Below are positions 1 through 10,493 of a stretch of 64,000 nt of DNA, piece after piece (position 1 is the first letter of the stretch; each line of letters begins with the position of its first letter). The notes beneath the pieces are model-generated. The model had not been told where the DNA came from. It did not search any database and was given only the letters and a program-made list of their open reading frames with translations. This stretch comes from Verrucomicrobiaceae bacterium (GTDB taxonomy: Bacteria; Verrucomicrobiota; Verrucomicrobiia; Verrucomicrobiales; Akkermansiaceae): NCBI GenBank assembly GCA_051252135.1, contig JBPOGH010000001.1, positions 128,001 to 192,000 on the forward strand, read 5' to 3'. The translations under genes and the position numbers were made by a program.

Positions 1-1
1 G

Positions 2-1165
2 CGTTATTTCGGGCCCTTTGCCCATTCCGGGGCTTTACGGGGAACGGTCACTTGGCTGAATCGCGAATTTGGCCTGCGGAGCTGCCGTCCCCGAATCCCG
101 GGAGAATCGGATTACAAGCATTGTAATGCGGATATTATTCGAAATTGCAGCGCGCCCTGTGTTGGGAAGATTGATCGAGATGCTTATCTGGAGAGAATTG
201 AGGAGGCTTGTGAGATTCTGAGCGGGAAAGGGAAGCGGGAGCGTTTCAAGGTGCTGGAGGAAGAGATGCACCGGGCGGCCGAACGGCTCGATTTTGAAAA
301 GGCTGCGAAAATGCGGGACGTGATCGATAATCTGAAGCGCTCGCTGACTCCAACCCGCCAATTTAGTCGTGGAAGAGGAGTGCCTACAACGGTGAAGCCA
401 CTCGAAGATGTGGCGGAGTTGGGAGACTGGTTGGGATTGGATGGCCCGCCGGAAGTGATGGAGTGCTTCGATATTTCCAACATTTCGAATACGCACATTG
501 TGGCTTCGATGGTGCGATTCAGAGATGGCTTGCCAGACAATCAGAATTATCGGCGCTATCGGATCAAAACGGTTGAAGGGCAGGATGATTTTGCAAGCAT
601 GGCAGAGGTGGTGAGACGCCGGTATGGGAGGATTCTGAAGGAAAACATGACGGAAAACCCCGATGTGGCGGAGGAGAGTCAGGAATCGCCCAGGGAGGTG
701 GTGCGGCGTTTGGCAGAGGAAGGGAAGAGTCCGATCACGCTTCCTGATTTGGTGATTGTTGATGGCGGGAAAGGGCAACTCAGTGTTGCCGTGGCGGAAT
801 TGCAACGATTGGGACTCTACGATTTGCCGATTGTCGGGTTGGCGAAACAGCGGGAAGAAATATTTCAGCCGGGGGAGAGTGAGCCGATTAACATACCCCA
901 TGACCGTGGTGCACTGAAATTGATGCAGCGAATTAGGGATGAGGCCCATCGGTTTGCGAACGGGTATAATGAAATTTTGCTACGGAAGCGGGTGAAAGAA
1001 AGTCTTCTCGATGATTGTCCCGGTGTTTCGGATTCGAAGAAGAAGGCGTTATTGAAGAAGTTTGGGTCGGTTGAACGGTTGAAGAAGGCGACGCCGGCGA
1101 AGATTGCGGAGATTCCGGGGATTTCACTTGGCTCGGCGGAAGTGATCCTAGAGTTCTTAAAATGA
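2..1165 (+). CDS. uvrC: Excinuclease ABC subunit C (5'-truncated by the window edge)
   Basis: Frame is open from base 2 (RYFGPF...CSAPC). Shows UVR motif AAERLDFEKAAKMRD, MECFDISN, DDFASMAEVVRRRY, VDGGKGQL, RIRDEAHRFA and C-terminal HhH. Confidence 0.96.
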   Translation, partial: RYFGPFAHSGALRGTVTWLNREFGLRSCRPRIPGESDYKHCNADIIRNCSAPCVGKIDRDAYLERIEEACEILSGKGKRERFKVLEEEMHRAAERLDFEKAAKMRDVIDNLKRSLTPTRQFSRGRGVPTTVKPLEDVAELGDWLGLDGPPEVMECFDISNISNTHIVASMVRFRDGLPDNQNYRRYRIKTVEGQDDFASMAEVVRRRYGRILKENMTENPDVAEESQESPREVVRRLAEEGKSPITLPDLVIVDGGKGQLSVAVAELQRLGLYDLPIVGLAKQREEIFQPGESEPINIPHDRGALKLMQRIRDEAHRFANGYNEILLRKRVKESLLDDCPGVSDSKKKALLKKFGSVERLKKATPAKIAEIPGISLGSAEVILEFLK

Positions 1166-1306
1166 TTGATGGTTCGGATGCATAAAACATCTCAATTTTG
1201 TGATTTTCATGTGCTCTTTTTGGTTTCTACATCCGTTTCTTAAAAACGTTGCCGGTTTTGGGTCATTGGGGGTATTAAGCAGTGTTGTTCACAAACACCC
1301 TTACAA

Positions 1307-1990
1307 ATGAAGAAAACACTTATCCTTACCTCGTTCGCTTGCACGACTGCCTTGGCATCCGCCCAGCAGACCTTCGTTCAGACAAAATCCTTTGGTCCGA
1401 GCGTGCTGTCTTTCACAGACGTCCTCGCCTTCAATGCATACAACGGGAATGCTTCCGACATTATCAGTGTCGAATGGTGCTACCATCTTGCTGTCGGTGG
1501 CGGTCAAATGATCGTTGATAATGACGGAAGTCAGGCGGCAACAGTTAACGCGTCATTCGGCGGCGAACTTGATGTCAGCTCTGCCGGCCTCAATCTCCTC
1601 GATGGTTCATTCAATCCCATTTTCGATGATGTTTCCGCTGGAACCAGCAGCGTGTTGAACCTCGCAGCCAATGTTGGTGACGGACCGGGGGATTACGATC
1701 CAACCGGACCAGACGGCGCCACCATTCTTGGCCAGCAGTCCTCCAACAGCGGAAGTGGTTTTGTTCACACAGGCTTCCATTCACAGTATGCTGGCACCAA
1801 TCCAATCTATTTGACGGTTGATGCGGATGCATTCGCTGATATTGGAACAGTGGGTGGCGTAGAGTTTGCCTCTACTCCAGCTTCTGCCAGTGGCTATGTC
1901 ACCCTTAAGATCACGGCAGTGCCCGAGCCTTCGACCGCACTTCTTGGTGTTCTTGGAGCCCTCGGGTTCGTGGTGCGTCGCAAGCGCTAG
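1307..1990 (+). CDS. PEP-CTERM surface protein (possibly choice-of-anchor E-like domain)
   Basis: Signal peptide; Ser/Gly/Thr-rich body; C-terminal VPEPS + hydrophobic helix + RRKR. Confidence 0.9.
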   Translation: MKKTLILTSFACTTALASAQQTFVQTKSFGPSVLSFTDVLAFNAYNGNASDIISVEWCYHLAVGGGQMIVDNDGSQAATVNASFGGELDVSSAGLNLLDGSFNPIFDDVSAGTSSVLNLAANVGDGPGDYDPTGPDGATILGQQSSNSGSGFVHTGFHSQYAGTNPIYLTVDADAFADIGTVGGVEFASTPASASGYVTLKITAVPEPSTALLGVLGALGFVVRRKR

Positions 1991-2015
1991 TCGAAATTCT
2001 TAATCGAACAACTTG

Positions 2016-2052
2016 GAAACCCGGTTGGCTTGTGCCTACCGGGTTTCTTTTT
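2016..2052 (+). terminator. Intrinsic terminator of the PEP-CTERM gene
   Basis: GAAACCCGGT...ACCGGGTTTC stem followed by a T-run. Confidence 0.85.
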
Positions 2053-2071
2053 GTCACTGACTCCCAGTGCG

Positions 2072-2109
2072 AAAAAAAAAAGATGCCACTCAAAGGAGCG
2101 GCATCTTTT
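2072..2109 (-). terminator. Intrinsic terminator of serA
   Basis: AAAAGATGCC...GGCATCTTTT stem; the long A-run gives a U-tail on the minus strand. Confidence 0.8.
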
Positions 2110-2139
2110 ATTGGGAAGTGGTGGAATAAACGGACTCAA

Positions 2140-3741
2140 CTAGAGAGTCACTCCGGTGGCGTTGAGAACTCCCGGAGTTTTTCTGATGGAATCCATGACA
2201 TCCTTGGGAAGGGGGGCATCGAGTTCGATTACGGTGAGTGCCGTCTTGTCCTTCGCGTTTCGTGCGAGGGAAAGGTTGGCAATGTTGGCGTTGGCATTTC
2301 CAAGTGTGGTGCCGATTGCACCGACGATGCCGGGGCGATCATCGTTGAGGACGATTAAGAAGTCGCCCGCGATATTGGTATCGACGTAAAGTTTGTTGAT
2401 TTCGACTATGCGCGGAGATTTCCCGACTACGGTGCCGGAAACGCGATATTTCTCTCCGTCCTTGCTGAGTTCTGCGATGAGAAGCTCATTATACTCGGTG
2501 GCGGCGTTGATGGTGGATTCCACGAGGTCGAGGCCCATTTCCTTGGCAACTGCCGGGGCGTTGACGATATTGACCTGGCCGTCGCTGCGAGCGCTTTCGA
2601 GGAACGAAGTCAGGACGCTGCGTGAAACCAGGGCGGTGTCCTTCTTCGCGAGTGGGCCGTGATAGGAGACGCGGAGCGAATCGGGATTTGCGGGACCGAG
2701 CTTGGCAAGCATCTTGCCGAGGGCCTTGGCGATGTCCAAATAGGAACCAAGCTCTGCGAGAGCTGCGGCATCGAGCGAGGGCATGTTGATGGCATTGCGA
2801 ATTTCGCCAGTGGCGCAGAAATCACGAATTTGCTCGGCGACCTGAATGCCTACGTTCTCCTGGGCTTCATTGGTGGACGCGCCCAAGTGTGGGGTGAAGG
2901 CGATGTGCTTCTTGAGCTCAAAAAGAGGGTGATCGGCAGAGGGGGGCTCATCTTCGAAGACGTCGAGTCCGCATCCTGCAATGTGACCTTTGTCGATGGC
3001 GGCTTTCAGGGCCACTTCGTCAATGAGACCTCCACGGGCACAGTTGATGACGAGTGCGCCTTGATTCATCAGGTCGAGACGCCCGGCATTCAGAATGTGG
3101 TGGGTGTCGTCGGTAAGCGGGACGTGAAGGGTGACGACGTCCGCGCCGGTGAGGGCTTCATCCGGAGTCGCTGCCAGAGTGACCTTCATTTCGTCAGCGC
3201 GTGACTGGGTGAGGAACGGGTCATAGGCGACGATCTTCATGTTGAAGGCTTGAGCGCGCTTGGCAAACTCGCTGCCGATCCGTCCCATGCCGATCACGGC
3301 GAGAGTCTTGCCATTAAGCTCGATGCCCTGGTAGGCCTTGCGGGCAGCCTTGAAGTCACCGGAAATAACACCCGCATGGCCAAGAGCGATATTGCGAGCG
3401 GTCGAGCACATGAGAGTGAAGGCATGCTCGGCAGTGGAAATGGTGTTGCCCGTGGGTGTGTTCATGACGATCACTCCGTGGGCGCTGGCGGCTTCGCGGT
3501 CGATGTTATCGACTCCGACTCCAGCGCGGCCGATGGCCTTCAATTTGGTGGCGGCGGCCAATACCTCGGGGGTTACCTTGGTTTGGGAGCGAACGACGAG
3601 AGCATCATATTCTCCAATAATGGAGATCAACTCCTCGGGAGAAAGGCCCACTTTGAAGTCGGCGGTGATGTCGGGATGGGCGTTGAGAAGCTCAACTCCC
3701 TTGTCGGAAATGGGGTCGGAAACCAGAACTCGGCTTGGCAT
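2140..3741 (-). CDS. serA: D-3-phosphoglycerate dehydrogenase (with C-terminal ACT domain)
   Basis: [17 protein letters not shown] Rossmann motif, [15 protein letters not shown] and ACT motif DRPGIVG. Confidence 0.96.
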   Translation of the reverse strand: MPSRVLVSDPISDKGVELLNAHPDITADFKVGLSPEELISIIGEYDALVVRSQTKVTPEVLAAATKLKAIGRAGVGVDNIDREAASAHGVIVMNTPTGNTISTAEHAFTLMCSTARNIALGHAGVISGDFKAARKAYQGIELNGKTLAVIGMGRIGSEFAKRAQAFNMKIVAYDPFLTQSRADEMKVTLAATPDEALTGADVVTLHVPLTDDTHHILNAGRLDLMNQGALVINCARGGLIDEVALKAAIDKGHIAGCGLDVFEDEPPSADHPLFELKKHIAFTPHLGASTNEAQENVGIQVAEQIRDFCATGEIRNAINMPSLDAAALAELGSYLDIAKALGKMLAKLGPANPDSLRVSYHGPLAKKDTALVSRSVLTSFLESARSDGQVNIVNAPAVAKEMGLDLVESTINAATEYNELLIAELSKDGEKYRVSGTVVGKSPRIVEINKLYVDTNIAGDFLIVLNDDRPGIVGAIGTTLGNANANIANLSLARNAKDKTALTVIELDAPLPKDVMDSIRKTPGVLNATGVTL

Positions 3742-3844
3742 AACGTGGGGAGCGGTAGCGCACCTGTGGCACTATGGCAAGAGTTGGCGCTTGAAAATCA
3801 TCGCGAGACCTGAAATGTCATCCGCGATGTGCGACAATCCAGAT

Positions 3845-5527
3845 ATGCGGAAGTTCTCTTCCCAGGTGCTTGACGGCCCGGACCGGGCTCCCAGCAGAGC
3901 GATGCTCTACCCGGTAGGTTTTGAAAAAGCTGACTTCAGTAAGCCAAAGATCGGGGTTGCTTCGACCTGGAGCCAAGTGACGCCGTGCAACTTCCACATT
4001 GATGCGCTTGCCAAGGAATCGGCGAAGGGTGCGGATGCCGCGGGGGGCAAGGCGGTGATTTTTAATACGATCACCATTTCGGATGGGATTTCAATGGGGA
4101 CAGAAGGGATGAAGTATTCTCTTGTGAGCCGTGAGGTGATTGCAGATTCGATTGAGACCGTGGTGGGTTGTGAAGGGATGGATGGCTACGTGGCGATCGG
4201 TGGTTGTGATAAGAATATGCCGGGCTGTGTGATGGCGATGGCCCGGATGAACCGGCCTTCGGTATTTGTATACGGAGGAACAATTCTTCCCGGATGCGCG
4301 ACCTTGAAGGGGGAGGATAAGGATTTGGATATTGTTTCGGTTTTTGAAGCTGTGGGTAAGCACGCCAGTGGCGAGTATTCCGATGAGGAGCTTCAGATGG
4401 TCGAGGAGACTGCCATTCCCGGTCCCGGTTCATGTGGAGGCATGTATACGGCCAATACGATGGCGAGTGCGATTGAAGCTTTGGGAATGAGTTTGCCCAA
4501 CAGTTCGGCGCAGGCAGCGATCAGCGATGACAAGAAGCGTGATAGTTTTGATGCAGGCGCAGCGGTGCTTCATTTGCTCAAGCATGACATCAAGCCCCGT
4601 GATATTATGACACGGAAGGCCTTTGAGAATGCGATCACGGTGGTGATTGCCCTGGGAGGTTCGACCAACGCGGTGTTGCACCTTTTGGCGATGGCGCATT
4701 CTGCTGATGTGGAGTTGAGTATCGACGACTTTACCGAGATCGGAAAACGAGTTCCGGTGTTGGCTGATCTCAAGCCATCAGGAAAATATGTGATGGCTGT
4801 GTTGGTGAAAATTGGCGGGACCATCCCGTTGATGAAGATGCTCCTTGAAGGGGGGCTCCTGCATGGTGATTGCATGACGGTGACCGGGAAAACGGTTGCG
4901 GAGAATCTGGCGAATTCGACTATTGAGTACCCGGAGGGTCAGGATGTGATTCGCTCGCTCGACAATCCGATCAAGAAGGACAGTCACCTGCGTATTCTTT
5001 ATGGAAACATCGCGCCTGGAGGTTCGGTGGCCAAGATTTCAGGAAAAGAGGGGATGAGCTTTACCGGACGGGCCCGTGTTTTTGAGTCCGAGGAGGCGGG
5101 GATGACCGCGATTTTGAAAGGTTCGATTGAAGCCGGTGATGTCATTGTCATTCGTCGTGAAGGACCCAAGGGTGGTCCCGGAATGCGTGAAATGCTGGGG
5201 CCAACGGCCGCGGTCATGGGCCGCGGATTGGGCGATAAAGTGGCGCTGATTACCGACGGCCGATTCTCCGGCGGGAGCCACGGGTTCGTAGTGGGGCACA
5301 TCACACCGGAAGCATACGACGGTGGACCTATTGGACTTTTGGAAGAGGGTGACACGATCACGATCGATGCGGAAAGCAATCAGATCAGTGCTGATCTTTC
5401 GGAGGAGGAGCTTGCTGAGCGTCGTGCCAAGTGGGTTCAGCCGGCTCCCCATTACACGCGTGGAGTGTTGGCGAAATTCGCCAAGCTTACGACGAGTGCC
5501 AGTGAAGGTGCGGTGACTGACAAATAG
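3845..5527 (+). CDS. ilvD: Dihydroxy-acid dehydratase
   Basis: [54 protein letters not shown]. Start placed at ATG 3845; the longer ORF call overlaps serA antisense. Confidence 0.96.
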   Translation: MRKFSSQVLDGPDRAPSRAMLYPVGFEKADFSKPKIGVASTWSQVTPCNFHIDALAKESAKGADAAGGKAVIFNTITISDGISMGTEGMKYSLVSREVIADSIETVVGCEGMDGYVAIGGCDKNMPGCVMAMARMNRPSVFVYGGTILPGCATLKGEDKDLDIVSVFEAVGKHASGEYSDEELQMVEETAIPGPGSCGGMYTANTMASAIEALGMSLPNSSAQAAISDDKKRDSFDAGAAVLHLLKHDIKPRDIMTRKAFENAITVVIALGGSTNAVLHLLAMAHSADVELSIDDFTEIGKRVPVLADLKPSGKYVMAVLVKIGGTIPLMKMLLEGGLLHGDCMTVTGKTVAENLANSTIEYPEGQDVIRSLDNPIKKDSHLRILYGNIAPGGSVAKISGKEGMSFTGRARVFESEEAGMTAILKGSIEAGDVIVIRREGPKGGPGMREMLGPTAAVMGRGLGDKVALITDGRFSGGSHGFVVGHITPEAYDGGPIGLLEEGDTITIDAESNQISADLSEEELAERRAKWVQPAPHYTRGVLAKFAKLTTSASEGAVTDK

Positions 5528-5532
5528 GTCGT

Positions 5533-6537
5533 TTATCTGAAGACGTAGTCTGCGATCACCATTCGGTGATCGGAGCCTTCGAGTCGGACGGCCTTGGCCC
5601 GGATCGGAACGAGCATCTTGGATGAGAAAAGGTGGTCGATCCGGAGGAGGGGGAGGGACCGGTGAAAGGTGTTTCCCCAGCCGGTGCCGACTTCACTGAA
5701 GGCGTCGGTGAAGTCGTTGCCCAGGAGCTTGTAGACAGCGTCATTTGCGGGTGCGTTGAAGTCACCTCCTATGAGGGTGGGAATTCCCGGATAGGGCGTC
5801 TTTTGCCGGAGGAGCTCCATGAAATAGGCCATTTCCATTTGGCGACGTTCCCGGTTGGTTCGATGGGTCTGCCAGGCGTGCCTGTCCCAAAGGCGGAGGT
5901 TGGTGGCTGCGCCCTGCAAGTGGACATTGAGGAGCTGAATGCTTTCGCCGGAGGCTAGTTTGGCGGTGAGGGCCTGACCACGGTAGTTGGGGACGGGGAC
6001 TTCGAATTCAATTTTTCCGTTTACGACGACGGCGCAGGCTTTGGTGGCATTGTAGCGGTAGTCGCCATGGCCGTCATAAAGTTCATCAATGAGTTTTTTC
6101 AGGCGATAGGTATGAGGGATTTCCTGAAGAAAAATGATGTCGGGATGGAAATCAGCGACCGCTTCCCTGGGGTCTTTTCGTTTGGCGCAGTTGAGAGTGG
6201 CGACGCGAAGGACCCGTCCGCGGGCGTGGGGCTCGGGCTTTCCTCTTTTGAGCTCCGGCTGAGCGAGGCGACCCAATGATTTTGATTCGTCAGCAAAAAC
6301 GAGGACGGTGAAGGCCCAAATGACGGTGACGACCAAGGACATGCGGCCCCGGAAGGAGACGAAGGCGATGGCGCTTAAAAGAATGCCAATAATTCCCCAA
6401 ACCCATATTGGAAACACAGTGTAGGCCGCGAAGCGGTCGGGAAGACGGACGTAGAGGATGACGGTAAAGAGGTGCAGTGCCAATGACAGGCCCAAAAGCG
6501 TGAGCGATACGGGATGCCATGGACGGCGGTAGATCAT
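5533..6537 (-). CDS. Membrane-anchored endonuclease/exonuclease/phosphatase (EEP) family protein
   Basis: N-terminal TM helices; ATLN, DIIFLQE, GGDFNA, RIDH, SDHR motifs. Confidence 0.85.
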   Translation of the reverse strand: MIYRRPWHPVSLTLLGLSLALHLFTVILYVRLPDRFAAYTVFPIWVWGIIGILLSAIAFVSFRGRMSLVVTVIWAFTVLVFADESKSLGRLAQPELKRGKPEPHARGRVLRVATLNCAKRKDPREAVADFHPDIIFLQEIPHTYRLKKLIDELYDGHGDYRYNATKACAVVVNGKIEFEVPVPNYRGQALTAKLASGESIQLLNVHLQGAATNLRLWDRHAWQTHRTNRERRQMEMAYFMELLRQKTPYPGIPTLIGGDFNAPANDAVYKLLGNDFTDAFSEVGTGWGNTFHRSLPLLRIDHLFSSKMLVPIRAKAVRLEGSDHRMVIADYVFR

Positions 6538-6552
6538 CGTAGTGCAAGCGGA

Positions 6553-8019
6553 TCAGGAGATGAGGCGACCTTTGAAGACTTCGAGTGCCTCCTTGATTAG
6601 AGGATCGTCATGGAAGTCGTTTTCAGGCTCTTCAGCGGGAGTGTCCTCTGAGGGTATCCGGGCTGCTTCCGGTTCGGGATTGAGTTTGACCGGTTCGGGA
6701 TCAGGCATGACCGGAACCTCGGGGGCCGCGGCAATCAGGGCGTCGATTCCAACAGCGGGAGTCTCTTCAGCTTTGGCGCGTTGGGAAGTGGTGGGACCGG
6801 ATGGAGCTTCGGCCGGGGTGGCAGGAGCAGTGGGTTCTGCGGGAGCAGTGGAGGGAGGTGGGGCAAGTGGGGTCGCTTCGGGAAGAGGGCCGGCATTTCC
6901 AAGCGCTTTGATGACGTCGCTGAGCCGGATTTCCTGAAGATTTTGAATCGCTTTGAGGGCGGCGATTTCGAGGTGGAGTCGTTTGTTGGAGGCCCACTTC
7001 ATTCGGCTTTCGGCTTCTGCAAAGGTGTCGATGAGGGCGAGCAAGCGATCTGCGGGAAATGGAGCCGCGGCAGAGGAGAGGTCCGCCCAAAGGGCCTCCG
7101 GGAATCCTTCGCGGGTGGATTCGGCATCGAGCTTGGAGACGACAAGGGCGCGAATGGTTGCGACGACTTCGCCCAGGAGTTGGGAGAGGTCTTTTCCTGA
7201 TTCGAATTGTTCGTGGATGATGTTGAGAGCCTTTGCGGCGTCCTTGGTGAGGAGGCCATGGAGAAGTCCGGCAACGGTTTCCCGGGAGGTGAAGCCGAAC
7301 ACATCGAGGACGTTTGCTTCTGTGATTTCGTTTCCACAGAAAGCGACAAGTTGGTCCATCATGGATTGGGCGTCGCGCATGCCGCCGTCAGCACCCTTGG
7401 CAATGGCCCAAGCGGCCGAGTCGTCCAATTTTACGGCTTCTTCACTGGCAATATGCTGAAGATGGGAGGCGATGATTTCCGTGGGAATCGGGCGAAGGTC
7501 AAAGCGCTGGCAACGCGAAATAATGGTGGGGAGAATTTTATTCGGCTCGGTGGTGGCGAAGATGAACTTTACGTGCTCGGGTGGTTCCTCAAGGGTTTTG
7601 AGAAGGGCGTTGAAGGCCGCATTGGTGAGCATGTGAACTTCGTCGATGTAGTAAATTTTGAAGCGGCCCGATGCAGGGGCAAACTTAACGGTTTCGCGAA
7701 GTTCGCGGACTTGTTCGACTCCGTTGTTTGAGGCTCCGTCGATTTCGAGGACATCAAGTGCGCGGCCCTCGGCAATTTCGATGCAAATGGGATCATCCGG
7801 ATCGAAGTCGATTTTTGGTCCACCAGGGCAATTAAGGGCTTTGGAAAGAATACGGGCGGTGGAGGTTTTACCAGTGCCGCGGGGTCCTACGAAAAGATAG
7901 GCATGGGCGAGGCGCTCTTGCGCAATGGCATTTCGGAGAGTGTGAACGACGTGATCCTGCCCCAAAATGTCGGAGAAGGTGCGGGGACGATACTTGCGTG
8001 CAAAGACCTGATAACTCAC
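6553..8019 (-). CDS. dnaX: DNA polymerase III subunit gamma/tau
   Basis: ARKYRP, GPRGTGKTS, IDEVHML, SRCQRF. Probable GTG start at 8019. Confidence 0.95.
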   Translation of the reverse strand: MSYQVFARKYRPRTFSDILGQDHVVHTLRNAIAQERLAHAYLFVGPRGTGKTSTARILSKALNCPGGPKIDFDPDDPICIEIAEGRALDVLEIDGASNNGVEQVRELRETVKFAPASGRFKIYYIDEVHMLTNAAFNALLKTLEEPPEHVKFIFATTEPNKILPTIISRCQRFDLRPIPTEIIASHLQHIASEEAVKLDDSAAWAIAKGADGGMRDAQSMMDQLVAFCGNEITEANVLDVFGFTSRETVAGLLHGLLTKDAAKALNIIHEQFESGKDLSQLLGEVVATIRALVVSKLDAESTREGFPEALWADLSSAAAPFPADRLLALIDTFAEAESRMKWASNKRLHLEIAALKAIQNLQEIRLSDVIKALGNAGPLPEATPLAPPPSTAPAEPTAPATPAEAPSGPTTSQRAKAEETPAVGIDALIAAAPEVPVMPDPEPVKLNPEPEAARIPSEDTPAEEPENDFHDDPLIKEALEVFKGRLIS

Positions 8020-8083
8020 GGCGTTAAGTGTAGGGATGATTGGGAGTTTGTCATGACTGACTTTTCGAAATAGCGTCGCGGGC

Positions 8084-8542
8084 GTGGCAAATAACAAGTT
8101 AGAGGCTTACAAAGTCTGCCGGGAGCGCATTATCGCCCTTTGTTCGGGCGAGGACGATGTGATTGCAAAGATGGCTTCGGTCTCCTGTATCTTAAGCCAC
8201 GAGATGGAGAGATTTTTTTGGACGGGGTTCTATCGGGTGGTGGGTGACACTCTGGTGATCGGCCCATATCAAGGTACGGTGGGGTGTTTGAGGATTCCTT
8301 TTGGGAAGGGGGTCTGCGGGGAGGCGGCTTTGAGTGGAGAGACTCAGGTAGTTGCCAATGTGCATGAGTTTCCGGGGCATATTGCTTGCGATTCACGATC
8401 GAATAGCGAGATCGTGGTGCCGGTGAGAGATCGGAAGGGCGATCTAATCGCGGTTCTCGATATTGATTCGGAAGATCTGGGACATTTTGACGAAGTGGAC
8501 AGAGCGCAACTGGAGGCGCTGGTGTCGGACGTCTTCTCCTAG
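8084..8542 (+). CDS. msrC: GAF-domain protein, free methionine-(R)-sulfoxide reductase (MsrC/YebR-like)
   Basis: WTGFY, GPYQG.GC.RIPFGKGVCG, HIACD, SEIVVP, VLDIDS. Confidence 0.85.
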   Translation: MANNKLEAYKVCRERIIALCSGEDDVIAKMASVSCILSHEMERFFWTGFYRVVGDTLVIGPYQGTVGCLRIPFGKGVCGEAALSGETQVVANVHEFPGHIACDSRSNSEIVVPVRDRKGDLIAVLDIDSEDLGHFDEVDRAQLEALVSDVFS

Positions 8543-9720
8543 CTTGGGCTGGGCGGAGATTGAATGAGGAGGCAACCTTCGAGGATGGGTTGCAGGACGT
8601 GGACGAAGTGGTGTCCTTCGGGTCGGAGGCGCTTTTCGAAGCGCTGTTCGATCTGCTCAAGGGTATAATCAAGATCTGCGCGGACCAAAGCATTCGCCCG
8701 GCCCCGGATGACGGCGACCATGAAGCAGTGCCGCCCGCTACGGATTAGGGCGAGGCGTTTGTCAGGCAGGTCGAAGTTCTTTTTGAGATTCCCGTCCTGA
8801 TCCTTCAATTCGCCCATGAGCTTGCTCACGTCGTAGCGTATCTTTCTGGGGTTGGCGTGGCGGGAGGGATCATGGCTCGCGTAGCTGATGAGGGAGTGGG
8901 TGTCGTAGCGCATCAGGAACACCTCCTCGACCCGGTAACGGTGAGTTTGCTCGAAAATGATGTCATCGTAGGTCTGGCTGGTGAAGAAAGCCTTCATGCG
9001 CCAGCTCATGCGATCGGTGAAACTGATTTGCCCGAAATGATGGGCGGTGAGCATTTGCTCGGCAATGGCCCGTCGAACGGTGCTCCGGAGCATGGGCTCC
9101 AGATAGGTATGCAGGCCTGTTTTGGGGGCATAGAGGGCCTTTTCGAGAGACGATTCCACGATTGGAAGCATGGCTTCGATGAGGTCTTCATCGGTGGTGC
9201 TCTGTGTGAATGTTTCAGGTTCCTCTGCTGTGCCGGATGCCTCAGGAGGGTTCGATGCTGCCTCGGTGTCGTTTTCACCGGGGAGGACGAGGTCCTTTTC
9301 CTTGGGTTCAAAGGGAGAGGGGATGGGGTAGGAGGTATCGACGGACCCCGGTCGTCTGGATGTCCCCTGAGCAACGGGTTTCGCTTTAACTGGAATCTCG
9401 GGGAGTGATGCTTCTTCCTCGGTGCTGAGGATGACACCGGACGGGGAGGGCATCGGTGCTGGTGATTCCTCCATGCTTCGTGCGACGCGTGCGACCAGGT
9501 CGCTTACGCTGGGGATGGGGGCGAGGGTTTCCGGACGGGGTCTGGTGGGAGAATGAGCCTGAAATTTGGGGAGTTGAGCCAAGGCTGGCTCCAGATCCTG
9601 AAGTGGGGGAAGGTCGAGACTGGCAGGAGGAAGTTTGGAATCTCCGAGAAGTTCGGCAAGACTTGGGAGCGGAGTTCTGCGCTCCAGTTTATCGAGTCCG
9701 GGGATGGAAGTGTCGCTCAT
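8539..9720 (-). CDS. Hypothetical protein: Pro-rich N-terminus plus a conserved domain resembling the cytoplasmic part of a widespread 'OmpA family' protein
   Basis: 393-aa ORF with YRVEEVFL...AVIRG...LEGCL pattern; no TM helix or OmpA domain visible. Confidence 0.7.
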   Translation of the reverse strand: MSDTSIPGLDKLERRTPLPSLAELLGDSKLPPASLDLPPLQDLEPALAQLPKFQAHSPTRPRPETLAPIPSVSDLVARVARSMEESPAPMPSPSGVILSTEEEASLPEIPVKAKPVAQGTSRRPGSVDTSYPIPSPFEPKEKDLVLPGENDTEAASNPPEASGTAEEPETFTQSTTDEDLIEAMLPIVESSLEKALYAPKTGLHTYLEPMLRSTVRRAIAEQMLTAHHFGQISFTDRMSWRMKAFFTSQTYDDIIFEQTHRYRVEEVFLMRYDTHSLISYASHDPSRHANPRKIRYDVSKLMGELKDQDGNLKKNFDLPDKRLALIRSGRHCFMVAVIRGRANALVRADLDYTLEQIEQRFEKRLRPEGHHFVHVLQPILEGCLLIQSPPSPS

Positions 9721-9731
9721 ATCTCTGCTTG

Positions 9732-10277
9732 CTATAGGAGGTATCCGTCTTTGGGCGACGGACCGTCTTCATCTTCCATTGCCGCGCTTGCCATTCTGGC
9801 AAAGCGGCTCATCAGTTCCTTGCGGTCGATTTTCACATCCCGGAGTGCCTGGACGTCGCGATCAAGCTGGCCCTTCCATTGCAGAAGTTCGCTCTGTAAA
9901 TGGGTTAGTATTTCCCGGAATCGCGCGTCGATGCGAGCGGCCATTTCAGAAGCCAAGTCCTCGGCATCCCTGGTGTTTCCTGAGACTTCCGGATGGTTTG
10001 CAAGCTGGCTAAGGTGCTGATCAATCATGGCAAGCTGTTGTTTGCGCATGATTTTTTCCTGATGTAGCTCGAGTCGCAGCCCGTGGCATTCCTCATGCAG
10101 GGATGCGATCTTCTGTTGCATGTCTGAAACGGCGGCAGAAGACAGGGACGGGCCGGAGCCAGCCATTCCGCTCTCGATACGCTCAAGCCTGCCGTGGACC
10201 TGATTAAGGTCACGGCCCATAATGATCTCACGTATCCTCTCGACGTGTTGGGCCGGATTCAACGGAGAAGTGGACAT
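9732..10277 (-). CDS. Hypothetical coiled-coil protein
   Basis: 181-aa helical ORF starting VERIREIIMG; 11 nt from the downstream gene, suggesting an operon. Confidence 0.75.
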   Translation of the reverse strand: MSTSPLNPAQHVERIREIIMGRDLNQVHGRLERIESGMAGSGPSLSSAAVSDMQQKIASLHEECHGLRLELHQEKIMRKQQLAMIDQHLSQLANHPEVSGNTRDAEDLASEMAARIDARFREILTHLQSELLQWKGQLDRDVQALRDVKIDRKELMSRFARMASAAMEDEDGPSPKDGYLL

Positions 10278-10493
10278 AGTCGCAGCATCGGTTGAGTTAG
10301 CTTTTCAAAAATCCGCAAGGGTGAAGAGAATGATGAAAAGGAATAAGGGTGAAGCGTCAGCATAAAGGCGGGCTGCACTCGGGGGCAATAAAATCGTGCC
10401 TCCTTAAGTTCTCCAAACCGTCAGAAAAGAATGATTTTTTTGGTATCTGGCGAAAGACATTGCTTGCAGCGTGTGTTATAGGTTCTTCACAGG

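Noticed and set aside
3338..3844. N-terminal extension of the 729-aa ilvD ORF
   Set aside because: It is largely the antisense shadow of serA; IlvD similarity starts at ATG 3845.
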